Shown here piece after piece: positions 11,937-24,205 of a stretch of 64,000 nucleotides of DNA (positions are counted from its first letter, which is position 1; the number at the start of each line of letters is the position of its first letter). The notes under the pieces are model-generated. The model saw only the letters and a program-made list of their open reading frames with translations. It made no database searches and was not told the origin of the DNA. The DNA is taken from contig NC_135804.1 of NCBI RefSeq assembly GCF_964213995.1, positions 67,890,001 through 67,954,000 of the forward strand. The letters run 5' to 3'. Source of the stretch: Mustelus asterias (taxonomy: Eukaryota). The translations under genes and the position numbers were made by a program.

Positions 11937-13785
11937 ATAGAAAGATAGAAGCAGGAGTTGGCCATTCGGCCTTTCGAGCATGTTCAGCTGTTCATTGTGA
12001 TCAAGGCTGATCATCAATCCAACACCTTAATCTCGCCTTCCCTCATGTCTGCTGATCCGTCTAGCCCTAAGAGCATTATCTAATTCCTTCTTGAAATCAC
12101 ACAACGTATTGACCTCAAATACTTTCTGTGGTAGTGATTTCTGAAGATTTACCACTCCCTGCGTGAAGAAATGTTACTTTACTCACTCTTAACAGGTTTA
12201 CCCATTATTCTCACACAATGCTCTCTCGTTCTGAGCACCTCCACCATCGAGAACAATATTTATTTTTCAACATCATCTAATCCTGCAAGAATTGGATAGG
12301 TTTCTACGAGATCCTCTGTCATTCTTCTAAGGTTCAATGGGTGTAATCATATCCGATTGAACCTTTCCATATATGGCAGTCCCACATTCCAGGAAACAGC
12401 TTCGAAGAACGTTTCTGCCCTCTATCACAGCACAAATATCCTTCCTCTGATAAGGAGGCCAGAACTGCACAGAATACTTCAGATGTGGCCTCAGCAACGT
12501 CATATACAATTGCAGCAACACATCCCTCCCGACTTCTACACCAAAATCCTTTTGCTGTGAAGTCCAGCATACATTTTGTCTTCGGCACTGCCTGCTGTAG
12601 CAAAACGTTTACTTGAATTGATTGATGCACAATTTGATTTGATTTGATTATTATTGTTACATGCATTTGTATTCAGTGAAAAGTATTGTTTTTTCTGCAC
12701 TATATAGACAAAGCATACCGTACATAGAGAAGGAAAGGAGAGAGTGCAGAATGTAATGTTACAGTCATAGCCAGGGTGCAGAGAAAGATTAACTTTATGC
12801 GATGTAGGTCCATTCAAAAGTCTGATGGCAGCAGGAAAGAAGCTATTCTTGATTTAGTTGGTATGTGCCAACAGATGTTTGTATCTTTTTCCCGAAGAGA
12901 GCCTGCCCGATGTGCGTGGGGTACTTAATTATGCGGGCTGCTTTTTCGGGAAGGCTGCCCTGACGTCTGCAATGGTGACCTCGCATACAAGTTCGTTTCA
13001 AGGCTTCTGGGGTGGAGAGCGTGGCATATATTGCATTGAGCTCATCGGGGAGGGTTGCGTTGGTAATGGCAATTTTACATGCCTTCATCTTGTACGCCTT
13101 GCAGAGCTTGCCATAGTCGTGGGGAGTCCGTGTTGCAAGCCTCGGACTTACGTTCGTCCTGTACTGGCTTTTGGCATCATTGTTCGATCTCCTTCGGTCA
13201 TATTTGACTTTGTTGTATAGGTCAAGGTCGCCTGACTTGAATGCTTCAGACCTGGACTTCAGCAAGCCGTGCATATCGCTGTTCACCTATAGGTTCCGGT
13301 TGGGAAACACGCGATTTGTTTCTTTGGCACACAGTCTTCCAGACATTTAGGAACAAAGTCAGTTACCGTAGTGGCGTAATCGTTGAGGCAGGTCGCAGAA
13401 TTTTTTAAATACTGACCAGTCTTCGACTGTACACTGTCCCGGAGGAGATCATCCAATTCCTCAGGGCAACATTGCACGGCTTTCATTGACGGATTCTCCC
13501 ATTTCAGTAAGCCAGGAGCAGGAGCACAGCCTTGTGGTCTGAAATGGTCTCGGTGATTATCCACCTCTCTCAATTGACCCCCTGACAAATAATAACATGT
13601 CTTCTTCTTATTTCTACTGAAGGGATAAACTCATATTTATCCACATTATATTGCACTTGCCATGCATCTCCTCACTCACTCAGTCTGTTAAAGTCACACT
13701 GAAGTATCTCTACTTTCCGTCTGATACATCACTCGCCATCCAACATTGCATTACCTACAGATGTTGAGATAATGGATTTAGAATC
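11937..13785 (-). mobile_element. Decayed CR1 3' portion interrupted by internally deleted Rex1/Babar sequence (about 12632-13590)
   Basis: CR1 motif LRPHLKYSVQFW. Rex1 tail atttgatttgatttg and motifs AFKSGDLDLY and DCVPKKQI. Confidence 0.7.
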
Positions 13786-13789
13786 GCCA

Positions 13790-15425
13790 ATACAAATGCA
13801 CCCCTCCCCGATTAGCTCAATACATTTTATGCCCGTATTGAGCAAGAGATCAGCGAGAGCATGCCTCCTACTCCAGAAGTCTCGGCCAAACTGATGTCCG
13901 AGTTCACCATCACATACGTCAGATCAACTTTCTCGAAAGTCTACCCTCGGAAAGCAAATCGTCCGGATGGGATACCCGGATGAGCACTCAGATCCTGTGC
14001 AGACCAGCTGGCGGATTATTCCCAGGCATATTTAACCTCTCTTTCCGCCAATCTGACGTCCAAATCTGCTTCAAGAAGACGACCCTCATCGCTCTCCCAA
14101 ACAAAAGCCAGGCAGCTTGCCTTAATGACTGTCATCCGGTGCCTCTGACATCCATCATTATTAAGAGCTTCGAAAGTTAGTCATGGCACAAATCAATTCC
14201 AGCCTCCCAGATTACCCAGATCCATTACAGTTCACCTATCGCTGGAACAGGTTCACGGCAGAGGCCATCACCTTGGTGCTGCACTCAACATTGGAACACC
14301 TGCATAAGAAATTCACATATGTCAGACTCCTATTTACTGACTACAGCTCAGTCTTCAACGCCATCATTCCTACAATATTCATCTCCAAACTCCATAGTCT
14401 GGGGCTCGTCTCCTCCTTCTGTGACTGGATCCTAGCCTTTCTAACTCACAGATTGCAATCAGTAAGGATAGGCAACAGCACCTCCTCCACGATCATCCTC
14501 AACATTGGTGTCCTCAGCCGCTTCGCTTACTATGCTTCGTATAAGCTGTGTGACCAAATTCCCCCCCGACTCGACTTTCAATTTACTGATGATACCACCG
14601 TCGTGGGTCGGATACCACCGTAGTGGGTCGGATCTCAAACAATGATGTGATGGATAATAGGAAAGAGATAGAGATACTGATGAATTGATGCGAAGGCAAT
14701 AATCTCTCCCTCAATGTCAAATAATTGAAGGAGATAGTCATCGACTATATCAAGGGGGATTAAGCGGAAATGGTCGCAAGGTTCAAATTTCTCGGTGTCC
14801 AGATAACCAAAAAACCTTTCTAGTCCCTCCACTTTCATGCTGTAGCTAAGAAAGCACAACAACGCCTCTACTCTCTGAGGAGGCTAAATACATTTGACAT
14901 ATCTGCTCAGACTCTCACCAACTTTCAAAATTCACCATAGGAAACATTTTTTTCTGGTTGTTTCACAGCTTGGTGTGGCTTCTGCTCTATCCAAGACCAC
15001 AAGAAACTACAAATGGCCGTCAACGACGCCCAGCCAATGTTGCAAAGTAACCTCCCATCCATTGACTCCGTCTACACTTCCTGCTGCCTTGGAAAAGCAG
15101 CCAGCATAATCAAGGAGCCCACGCACTCCCGACATACACTCTTCCACCTTTTTCCATCAGGAAGAAAGATATAAAAGTCTGTGGTCATCGACCAACCGAC
15201 TGAAGAACAGCATCTTTCCCTCTGCCATCAGACTTTTGAATAGACCTACCTCGTATTCAGTTGATCTTTCTCTGCACCTTACCGACGAGTGTAACATTAC
15301 ATCCTGCGCCACCTCCTTTCCTTCTCTATGTACGGTATGCTTTGTCTGTATAGCGCACAAGAAACAATAGTTTTCACTGTATAATAATACACGAGACAAT
15401 AATGTATCAATTCAAATCAAATCAG
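13790..15425 (+). mobile_element. Rex1/Babar-type LINE, 5'-truncated and frameshifted RT
   Basis: AACLNDCHPVPLTSIIIKSFE, DPLQFTYRWNRFTAEAI, YVRLLFTDYSSVFNAI, FTDDTTVVG. The 3' end is a (caaat)n tail. Confidence 0.85.
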
Positions 15426-15669
15426 ACCAAATTAGTTCCCACTTCCAAATCATTAACAGTCTAATGATGACCACGAAACCATTGTCAATTGTTGTAAGAA
15501 ATCATCTGGTTCACTAATGTTCATTAGGGAAGAAAATCTGCCATCCGTAACTGGACTGGCCGACATGTGACTCCAAATCCACAGCAATGTGGATTAAATC
15601 GCCTTAAGTTAGTCAATAATCGCTGGCCCAGCAAGCAATGCCCACATCCTGTGAATGAATGAAAGGAAT

Positions 15670-18600
15670 GTATCCACATTGAACTGCATGTGTATGTATA
15701 TGCCAACTCTATCAGTCTGTCCAAACCACACTGAAGCATCATTGTATCCTCCACAATGCTCACCCTCTCACCTGGAAATCATCATCTGTAAATTTCGAGA
15801 TATTGCATTTAGTTCCCAAATCCAGATCATTCATACGCAATGTGTACAGTTGAGGTCCTAGCATTGATCGCTGCACTGCCCTACCAGTCACTGCCTGCCA
15901 ACTGATAAGAGACCCATTTATTCCAAACTTTGATTTCTTCCTGCCAAACAGCTTTCCCTCCATGTCAAGACACTACCCGCAATCCTAAGCATCTCAACTT
16001 TATATTGTAGTCTGCTATTTGTGACCTTGTCACAAGATCTGTGAAAATGTAAATAAGCCACTCCCACGTGTTCACCTTCTTCAATTCTACTCGTGCCATC
16101 TTTGAAGAATTCCAGTAGATTTGTCAAGCATGATTTCCTTTCATCGATTCAAGTAAGGTTGATTTATTTGTCAAAAGTAGGCTTACATTCACACTGCAAT
16201 AAAGTTACTGTGAAAATCCCCGAGTCGCCGCACGCTGGCTCCTGGACACTGAGGGAGAATTTAGCTTGGCCAATTCACGTAACCTGCACACCTTTGGACT
16301 GTGGCAGAAAAGCAGAACACCCAGAGGAAACACACACAGGGAGAATCCACACAGGCAGTGCCCTAGGCCGGAATCGAACTCCGATCCCTGGCGCTGTGAG
16401 GCAGCAGTGCTAACCACAGTGCCACCGTGCTTGCTTGACAACATCACTGTTTTCCAAATGCTGTGCTATGAAATCCCTGATAATGAATTCTAGTAACTTC
16501 CCTACTACCAACGTTATCCTCACTTATCTATAATTCCCTGTTTTTTTCTCTAACTCTCTTCTTGAATAGATTGGTTAAACATTCTCTCGCCTCCGACCTG
16601 TAGGAACCATGCCAGAGTCCAAAGAATTTTGTAAAACGACTAAAATGGATTTCTATTTAAAGTCCCACTTCCTTAAGTATTCTGAGCTGACGAGTATCCA
16701 GCGCTGGAGATTTTTCCGCCTTCAGTCCCATAAATTTCCACAAAACCATTTCTCTATTAATACTGATTTTCTCCGGCTTCTCACTAAAATTTGTGTTGCG
16801 AAGAACTTCCGATACATTATTTCTGTCTTCCTTTGTGCAAACAGAAGCAAAGTACATATTTATTTCCTCAGCCAATTTATTGTTCCACCTTATGAAATTC
16901 CCCCCAGCTGAATGCAAAGGGCCTACATTCGTTTTTGTTCATCTCTTTTTTTTTTGCATACATTAAAAAACGTTTACAGTCAGGTTATATGTTCCCCATT
17001 AGCTTGCTTTCACGTTATAATTTCTTCCTCTTCATCAATTCCTTGGTCCGCCTTTGCTGAAAGTTTAAACTGCTCCCAATGCACAAGTCTATTTGTTTCT
17101 CTTGCGAATTTTAAAGTTTGTTATTTGAATATAAAACAACCTCTAATTTCCCTTGTTGGACATGGTTGGCCACGTTCCATTTGTACTCTCGCGCAAAATG
17201 GGAATACACAACTTTTGGAGTTAACCTGTTCATTCCTTGCATACCTACGATTCTCGCCAATTTTTACAGATGCACGATAGAAAATGTGCTTTCCGGATGT
17301 ATCACAGCTTGCTACGGCTCCTGCTCTGAGCAAGACCGCAAGAAAATATAATGGGTGTGAACGGAACCCAGTCCATCACGCAAACCAGTCTCCCATCCAT
17401 TGACTCTGGCTACACTTTCCGTTGCTACAGAAAATCCGACAGCATAATTAAGGAGCCCACGCACCCCGGACATACTCTCTTGCAACTTCTTCTGTCGGGA
17501 AAATGATGAAAAATTACTGTGGACCAGGCACAGATTGCTGAGGCACAACGCTGATCATAGGTTTCCAGTTTGAACAAACAAGCGTCTATTAGCAAAGTCT
17601 GTGTTCTGTCGTCAACCAATTTAGTATCCATCTGGCAACCTCACCTGGATCCTGTAAGATTTAACCTCATGCAACAACCTACCACGTGGTACCATATCAA
17701 AGGCCTTGCTAAAGTCCAAGTAGACAACATCCACTGCACTGCCCACATCTACCTTCTTGGTTACCCCTTCAGAAACTCAATCAAATTCATGAGACATGAC
17801 CTTCCACTGACAAAGCCAAGCTGGCTGTCCCAAGTCAATCTTTGCCTCTCTAAATACCTGTTGATCATGTCTCTCAAAATACCTTCTAACAACTTTACCA
17901 ATACAGGCATTAGTCTCACCGGTCTGCAGTTCCCAGACTTTTGAATACATCCCTTCGGAAACAAGGGCACTATATTTGCCATCCTCCAATCTTCAGGCAT
18001 CTCACCTGGGACTGCTGATAATTCAAATGTGTTTTCTAGGAGACCTGCAAATTAGTCCCTAGCCTCGCACAACTTCCTGGGGTACACTTCACCAGGTCAT
18101 AGATTAATCATAGAAACCCTACAGTGCAGAAGGAGGCCATTCGGCCCATCGAGTCTGCACCGACCACAATCCCACCCAGGCCCTACCCCCACATATTTAC
18201 CCGCTAATCCCTCTAACCTACACATCCCAGGACTCGAAGGGGCAATTTTTAACCTGGCCAATCAACCTAACCCGCACATCTTTGGACTGTGGGAGGAAAC
18301 CGGAGCACCCGGAGGAAACCCACGCAGACACGAGGAGTATGTTTTGATTCTTCTTTGCCTTATTTGCCAACGCAAGGCCGTGTCCCCTTTTTGTCCTCCT
18401 GATTCTCTCTTAACTCTATGTCGACACCCTCTATACTCTTCCAGGGATCCACCTGACCCAATTACCTATGCATGTTACATGTCTCCTTCTTCTTTTTGAC
18501 CAGGGCTTCAATATCCAGTGTCATCCAGAGTTCCCTAATTCTACTAGCCATGCCCGTCACTCGAAAAGGAATGTGCTTACCCTGAAGCCTGGCTAACACA

Positions 18601-19060
18601 ATTTTGAAGGTCTCCCACTTACCGGACGTCCCTTTGCGTGCCAACAGATCCCCAATCAACTTCTGAAAATTTCTGTCTGATAATATCAAAATTGGACTTG
18701 CCGCAATTTAGAATTTTATTTTTTGGACCAGACCTACCATTCTTCTTAACTATTTTAAAACTAATGGAATGATGGTCATTGGTCCCAAAGTGATCCCGCA
18801 CTAACACTTCTGTCACCTGACTTTCTTTATTCCTCAGGGGAGGTTACGTTTGGCCCCCAATCTCCACCTCTTGTCGGGCCATCCACATACTGAAGGAGAA
18901 ATTCCTCCTGAATACACACAAAAAATTTCTCTCCATCGAAGCCGCTAATGATATGGCTGTCCCAATCAATTTTGGGAGGTTAAAGTCCCCTACCACCCTA
19001 CCTTTCTTGGAGTTTTCTGGAATCTGCTTACATATATGTTCCTCAATTTCCCGCTGTCTT
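15670..19060 (-). mobile_element. Nested decayed CR1 ORF2 fragments with SINEs (16145-16432, 18108-18340) and a Rex1 fragment (about 17225-17510)
   Basis: Motifs TNLLEFF, ISKFTDD, PEDWRMANIVPLF and VVGDFNLP in broken frames. SINE heads and tails are recognisable. Confidence 0.75.
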
Positions 19061-19566
19061 TTAAAGGATGCAAATTTTGAGCCAACAGCCAATCAGATTC
19101 ACTGCTCTGCTTGCTCTCTGCTGGATTCTGAAAGGATGTCTGCGTCGAAGATGCAAATTTCGTGCCGACAGCCAATCAGATTCACCGCTCTGTTGTTCTT
19201 TTCTGGATATTTACGCTTTGAAACTCCGAGTGTGTCTTGTTCAGGTCCTCTATTTGGAAAGGCTGACTGCGAAAAGTATGCCAATTTTCAGCATTATTTT
19301 TCTCATAGTTAATTGCGTTCGTGAAGGTGAAAGTTATTGATCTTTTCTGTCTTGAATAACACCATGTAGAAGGTGGCTTATCTAGTGGGAGATGAAAATC
19401 AACCGGACTGCTGTGCTCGACAATCACAGAAAGGATAAAGTGGGATTAAATAAGATCCCGGTCGCTAAATAAAACCACTTTGTTAATGAAACAACTTGAC
19501 AGTTTCTTGGTAAATTTAAGTGTTCTTCTGTATACCTAATATCATTCCAGGTTTATACAACGAAGA

Positions 19567-19830
19567 GCACGGTGGCACAGTGGTTAGCACTGGGGCTGGG
19601 GTTCAATTCGGCCTGGGGTCACTGCCTGTGCAGAGTCGATTCATTCTCCCTATGGCTGCGTGGGTTTCCTCCGGTGCTCGGGTTTCCTCCCACTCTCCAA
19701 AGATATGGGCGGTACGTTGATTGGCCATGCGAGGTTGCCCCTTACTGTCGGCGGGATGGGGGGAGGGGGAGGGGCTAGCAAGGTAAATAATCGGGTTGCG
19801 GGAATGCAATGTAGGATTCTCGGATTCTAC
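19567..19830 (+). mobile_element. V-SINE, diverged
   Basis: gcacggtggcacagtggttagcactg head and V-domain core. Confidence 0.75.
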
Positions 19831-20789
19831 GATTATTTAAATAGTACCCTATTGTGGAATATGTTTCCGCATGAAAGTGCTCAGGCCCTTGGTTTAGAAG
19901 GCCGGTAAGAGGAGGAGAGTGCTGTAGTGTTTATATTTGTACGATGAATTTATCTTTGTATCTCTGTGGGGGCAAGGGTGAATTACCTATCCCGATTGGT
20001 GATAGTAAGGAAACGTCTTCAGCGGCTGAAATCCATGTGATGCACATTGACCCACAATGATTTTACGGAGGGAGGTATAGAATCTTGACCTGATAACAGT
20101 GAAAATAATTTCATTCCAAGTCAAAATAGTGCGTGACATGGAATAGAACTTGCACGAACATATACCATGCATATGTCTTTCAAGCTGCTAGATTTCATGG
20201 GCGTAGATGACACTTTCAGTTGATTCTTATAAATGTTTCACAATGCTGCTACTTGCGATGTTAATTTTTGTATTGCTTTTAATGGAAACTTGGAGAGCAG
20301 TCTTCAGTCGCCTCAATTGCAGCTTATGTTAGCAGGTTCATGTTATATGCTGAACATTTTCCTGCACTTCCTGCGTATGCAAACGAAGCATTCCCGTATC
20401 TAAAAATGGTGGACTGGCACTCGGCATCATGCAACCATCTGAAATATTAACAATTTTGACCTTAGGGAGGAGGAAATGTCATGGATGGAGCAGCTAAAGG
20501 TTTTTGGGCCTACGCCCCTGCACTAAGCAACACCTACAAATTGACTGGAGCTCATTAGCTACAAACAGTAACCTGTGGAATGTTACCCGATTCATATTGC
20601 CTTCAAAGATGTTAGGACTCCTTGATGCAAAACACTGACAAGTTTAAAATTAATATCCAATGCAGTCACTGTCACGTCATTGCTTGAGTTCAGTTGATCT
20701 CTCCATACTTTGGACAAGTAAACTGCTACTGTGTAGTGAAGAATTGCATTCATCTCATGTTTCTTGTGTCGGGTATGTTTAAAAATTTG

Positions 20790-23700
20790 AGCTGTTTTGC
20801 TTGCTATTGGAGGAGATAGTTTCGGATAATGATGTGGTTAAACAAGCCATCATAAGCGCCTATGGACTTGTGCCAGAGGCTTACAGATAGAATTTTAGAA
20901 ATCTGAGCAAGAGACAAGGTCAAACATACGTAGCAATAGAAAAAAAATCAAACAAAGTAACATTTTCAGGTGGGTAGGAAAACTGAAGGTAACACAGAAG
21001 TATGACACTCATAGGGAAACGGATATCTTGGATGAGTTCAAAAAATCACTTCCCGACGTAGTGATAACTCATGTGGAAGAACAGAGGGTAAAAACTGCGA
21101 GACTGGCACCAGAAATACCAAATGATTATCTGTTAGATGGTTAAACATGATTTGTGTTTCAAAATCTATTTCAATATGTGAGTGATAGAAACTGGGGAAA
21201 GAGAAATCATCAGGTCTCAACGGCAAAGTGTAATTCTTTGGAGACAGGAATGAGAATTTACCTCAGTTCAAATAGGGAATATGCGAAGGCGGGGTAGAGA
21301 TAAAAAAGCCTCAGATGTTTTCATTGTGATAAAGTGGGAAAAACGATGTCACAGTGTTGGTGGCTTATTAAAAGCAGCAGGAAGATAGACTTGGCAAAAT
21401 AGCCAGTGGTGTTTGGTTCAGAGTCAAAGGAAATAATGGTTAAGGATAAATTTGTGCACATCATATTTGCTGTCCAGTGATTGTCCGATCTCTTTCAATA
21501 GTTTCCTTGTCTGGATCAGGTTTACTCGTGTACAAGGAGGACTAGGTGAAGACGTTAAAGTTTTCAGGATACACAAGAAAGTCTATCTTCGATAGTGAGA
21601 CCTATATAGTTCAGAAGGGGTATTGCCAGAAAAGGTGGTAAAATGTGAAATTCATGGTGAAGGGTGTTCCATTATATGTCCAAGGTTGGAGAGTGCAGTC
21701 AAATAAATAAAGTGGTCGTAGGAGTAATAAAGAAATTAATCTTTTCTGGAATACAGTTTATCCTGTTTAAAGACATGGCTGGATCACAGGTGGGAGTGAT
21801 GGATACTGCGTTTGAAACGCCAGTGCAAAATGAGCTGTTGCAAGAAGCCATCATGGCATTTTTGCTGTCGGTGCAGTAACAAGATCAAAAAGCCACAGCT
21901 TGAGCCAGGAGGAGAAATCAAAGAGTAAAAATAAGGAGATTGAGGTTCAGTTATCATAAACCATTGTTGACCAAGTGACTGAGAAGAAACAACAACAATG
22001 GGAGAATGAAACAAATATATTTAGGCCAGCAGAATTGGTCGAATGACAACGGAAGGATGCAGATGTAAAGTAGTTGTAACAGAAAGGATACCCAGAAGGA
22101 AAATCTGCGTGTATACCACAGTATTACATTAAAAATGACATCTTGATGAGGAACGGGAGAACTTTACACGTTCAAGTAGACGAAAAATGTGCAGACGTTC
22201 ATCAAAATGTATTAGTGGTGGGTTATATAAAGGAGGTGTTGCAGATGGAGTACGAGGTTCCAGTCGGAGGTCATGTAGGAGTAAGAAAAACTTAAGCAAC
22301 TGTACAGAAACGTTTTTCTTGGACTGGATTACATGATGATGTAATAACATTTTGCCATACCCATGTCAGGTAATAAGAAAACCTCAAGCAGTAATCAAAG
22401 ACGCACATTCAATAGACATTTCAACATTTGAGGAACATTTTACGGGTGTCCCAATTGATTGTGTGGGACTCCTTCCGAGACCGTGTATGTTGACTATGAT
22501 CGGTATGTCTACTAATTTCCAGCGGCCACTCCATTAAACGATAACACAGCAAATATTGTTGCTGAGGAGAGTTACTGCTTTTGACCAGTTAGGGACTGCA
22601 GACAAAAGAAAAACAATCAAATCATTGGTCAAATTTTATGTCAAAGCTGTTCAGTGAAGTATGAATAGCTTTGGGGTAAAACAATTCCATAATCACGGGG
22701 AACGTTAGAAGGGTGGCATTGGACATTAAGGTCAATGTTGAGGGTGTATCGAAAGGATTACCCAGAAGTTGGGATAAAGAATTCCATTTGTAAATTTTGC
22801 AATTAGGGATGTAATTATTACATTTGAATAGTTTGTTGGTCATGATTTAATGAGAACCACTTAACTTTATCAAGCATACATTGGTGAGTCAGCGTTCTGA
22901 GACTGCGTTATTAGACTATGTGTCAAACATTAGGGAGAGATTAGCTATACTTGTTATGTTGGCCAGGCGCCATTTAAAAGTGGCACAGCAAGCGATCAAC
23001 TTCTAAGCAGATACGAGATCAAAAAAATCATAGCGTTGCTAGTGGAGGGAAAGAATAAGTTTTGTTAGCGCGGATAGGGAAACTCTTAAAAACAATGTTT
23101 AGTGGCTCTAATCAAATGAAAAGAAAATTGAGTGAGAGGAATTATTTGAAAATAATGCCAGAAAAAAGAACCATCACAGAGTATGTCATGTGAATATGAT
23201 CAAGTGGCATTTTGTAATGAAGGAAAGCAGAAGCAGCATGTGTTGCTTGTTACAACTGGGATAGAAAAAACAAGTAAATATATTATGAATATGAAATTCC
23301 TCCAATTAAATTGGATGAGCAGGTAGATTTGATTTGAATTGATGAGATTTATTATTGTCACATGTATTAACATACAGTGAAAAGTATTGTTTCTTGTGCG
23401 CTGTACAGACACAGCATACCGTTCATAGAGAAGGAAACGAGAGAGTGCAGAATATAGGGTTACAGTCATAGCGAGGGTATAGAGAAAGATCAACTGATGT
23501 AATAAAATGCAAGGTAAGTTCATTCAAAAGTCTGATAGCAGCAGGGAAGAAGCTGTTGTTCAGTCGGTTGGTACGTGACCTCAGACTTTTGCATCTTTTT
23601 CCTGATGGAAGAAGATGGAAGATAGAATGTCCTGGGTGCGTGGGGTCCTCAATTATGCTGGCTTTGCCAAGGCAGCGGCAAGTGTAGAGAGAGTCAATAG

Positions 23701-24050
23701 ATGGGAGGCAGGTTTGCGTGATGGATTGGGCGACATTCACGACCTTCTGTAGTTCCTTGCAGTCTTGGGCAGAGCAGGAGCCATAGCAAGTTGTGATACA
23801 ACCAGAAAGAGTGATTTCTATGGTGCATCTGTAAGAGAGTCGTAGCTGACATGGCTAGATTTCAGTAACTGGAGCAAATTGTTGAGGTACCTTCCGGAGT
23901 TATTAAAATCACATGGAGAAAAATGTGGGAATAAGCAAGTAAATACTATGAATACTGCTCCAATTCAGCATTATCTGTGTTTATATAATCCTCTCAAATT
24001 CGCACAGGTTGAGAAAGATAAGTTGATGTTTATTCATCTGAGAAGCAGCA
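20790..24050 (+). mobile_element. Decayed Gypsy (Gmr1-like, integrase before RT) internal region, interrupted by a Rex1 fragment (about 23326-23860, minus)
   Basis: AYGLVPEAYR..FRNL..RQGQTYV (SCAN-like gag), CFHCDKVG...CW zinc knuckle, integrase IDCVGLLP, then an RT N-terminus-like segment (PIQHY..YNPLKFAQVEK). Confidence 0.7.
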
Positions 24051-24205
24051 AACAAAGGTCTCCATCAGCCATGTAAAACGAGTGAAGGTGGAGAATGAAA
24101 CCCCGTGACAGGACAATGATGAGAATAAAGAAAGTGAACAGGTAGGGAGACAGGAGCAAGACAAGTTGACAGAATTGTAACCTGTTCCTGAATTTTTGAA
24201 ATTGC

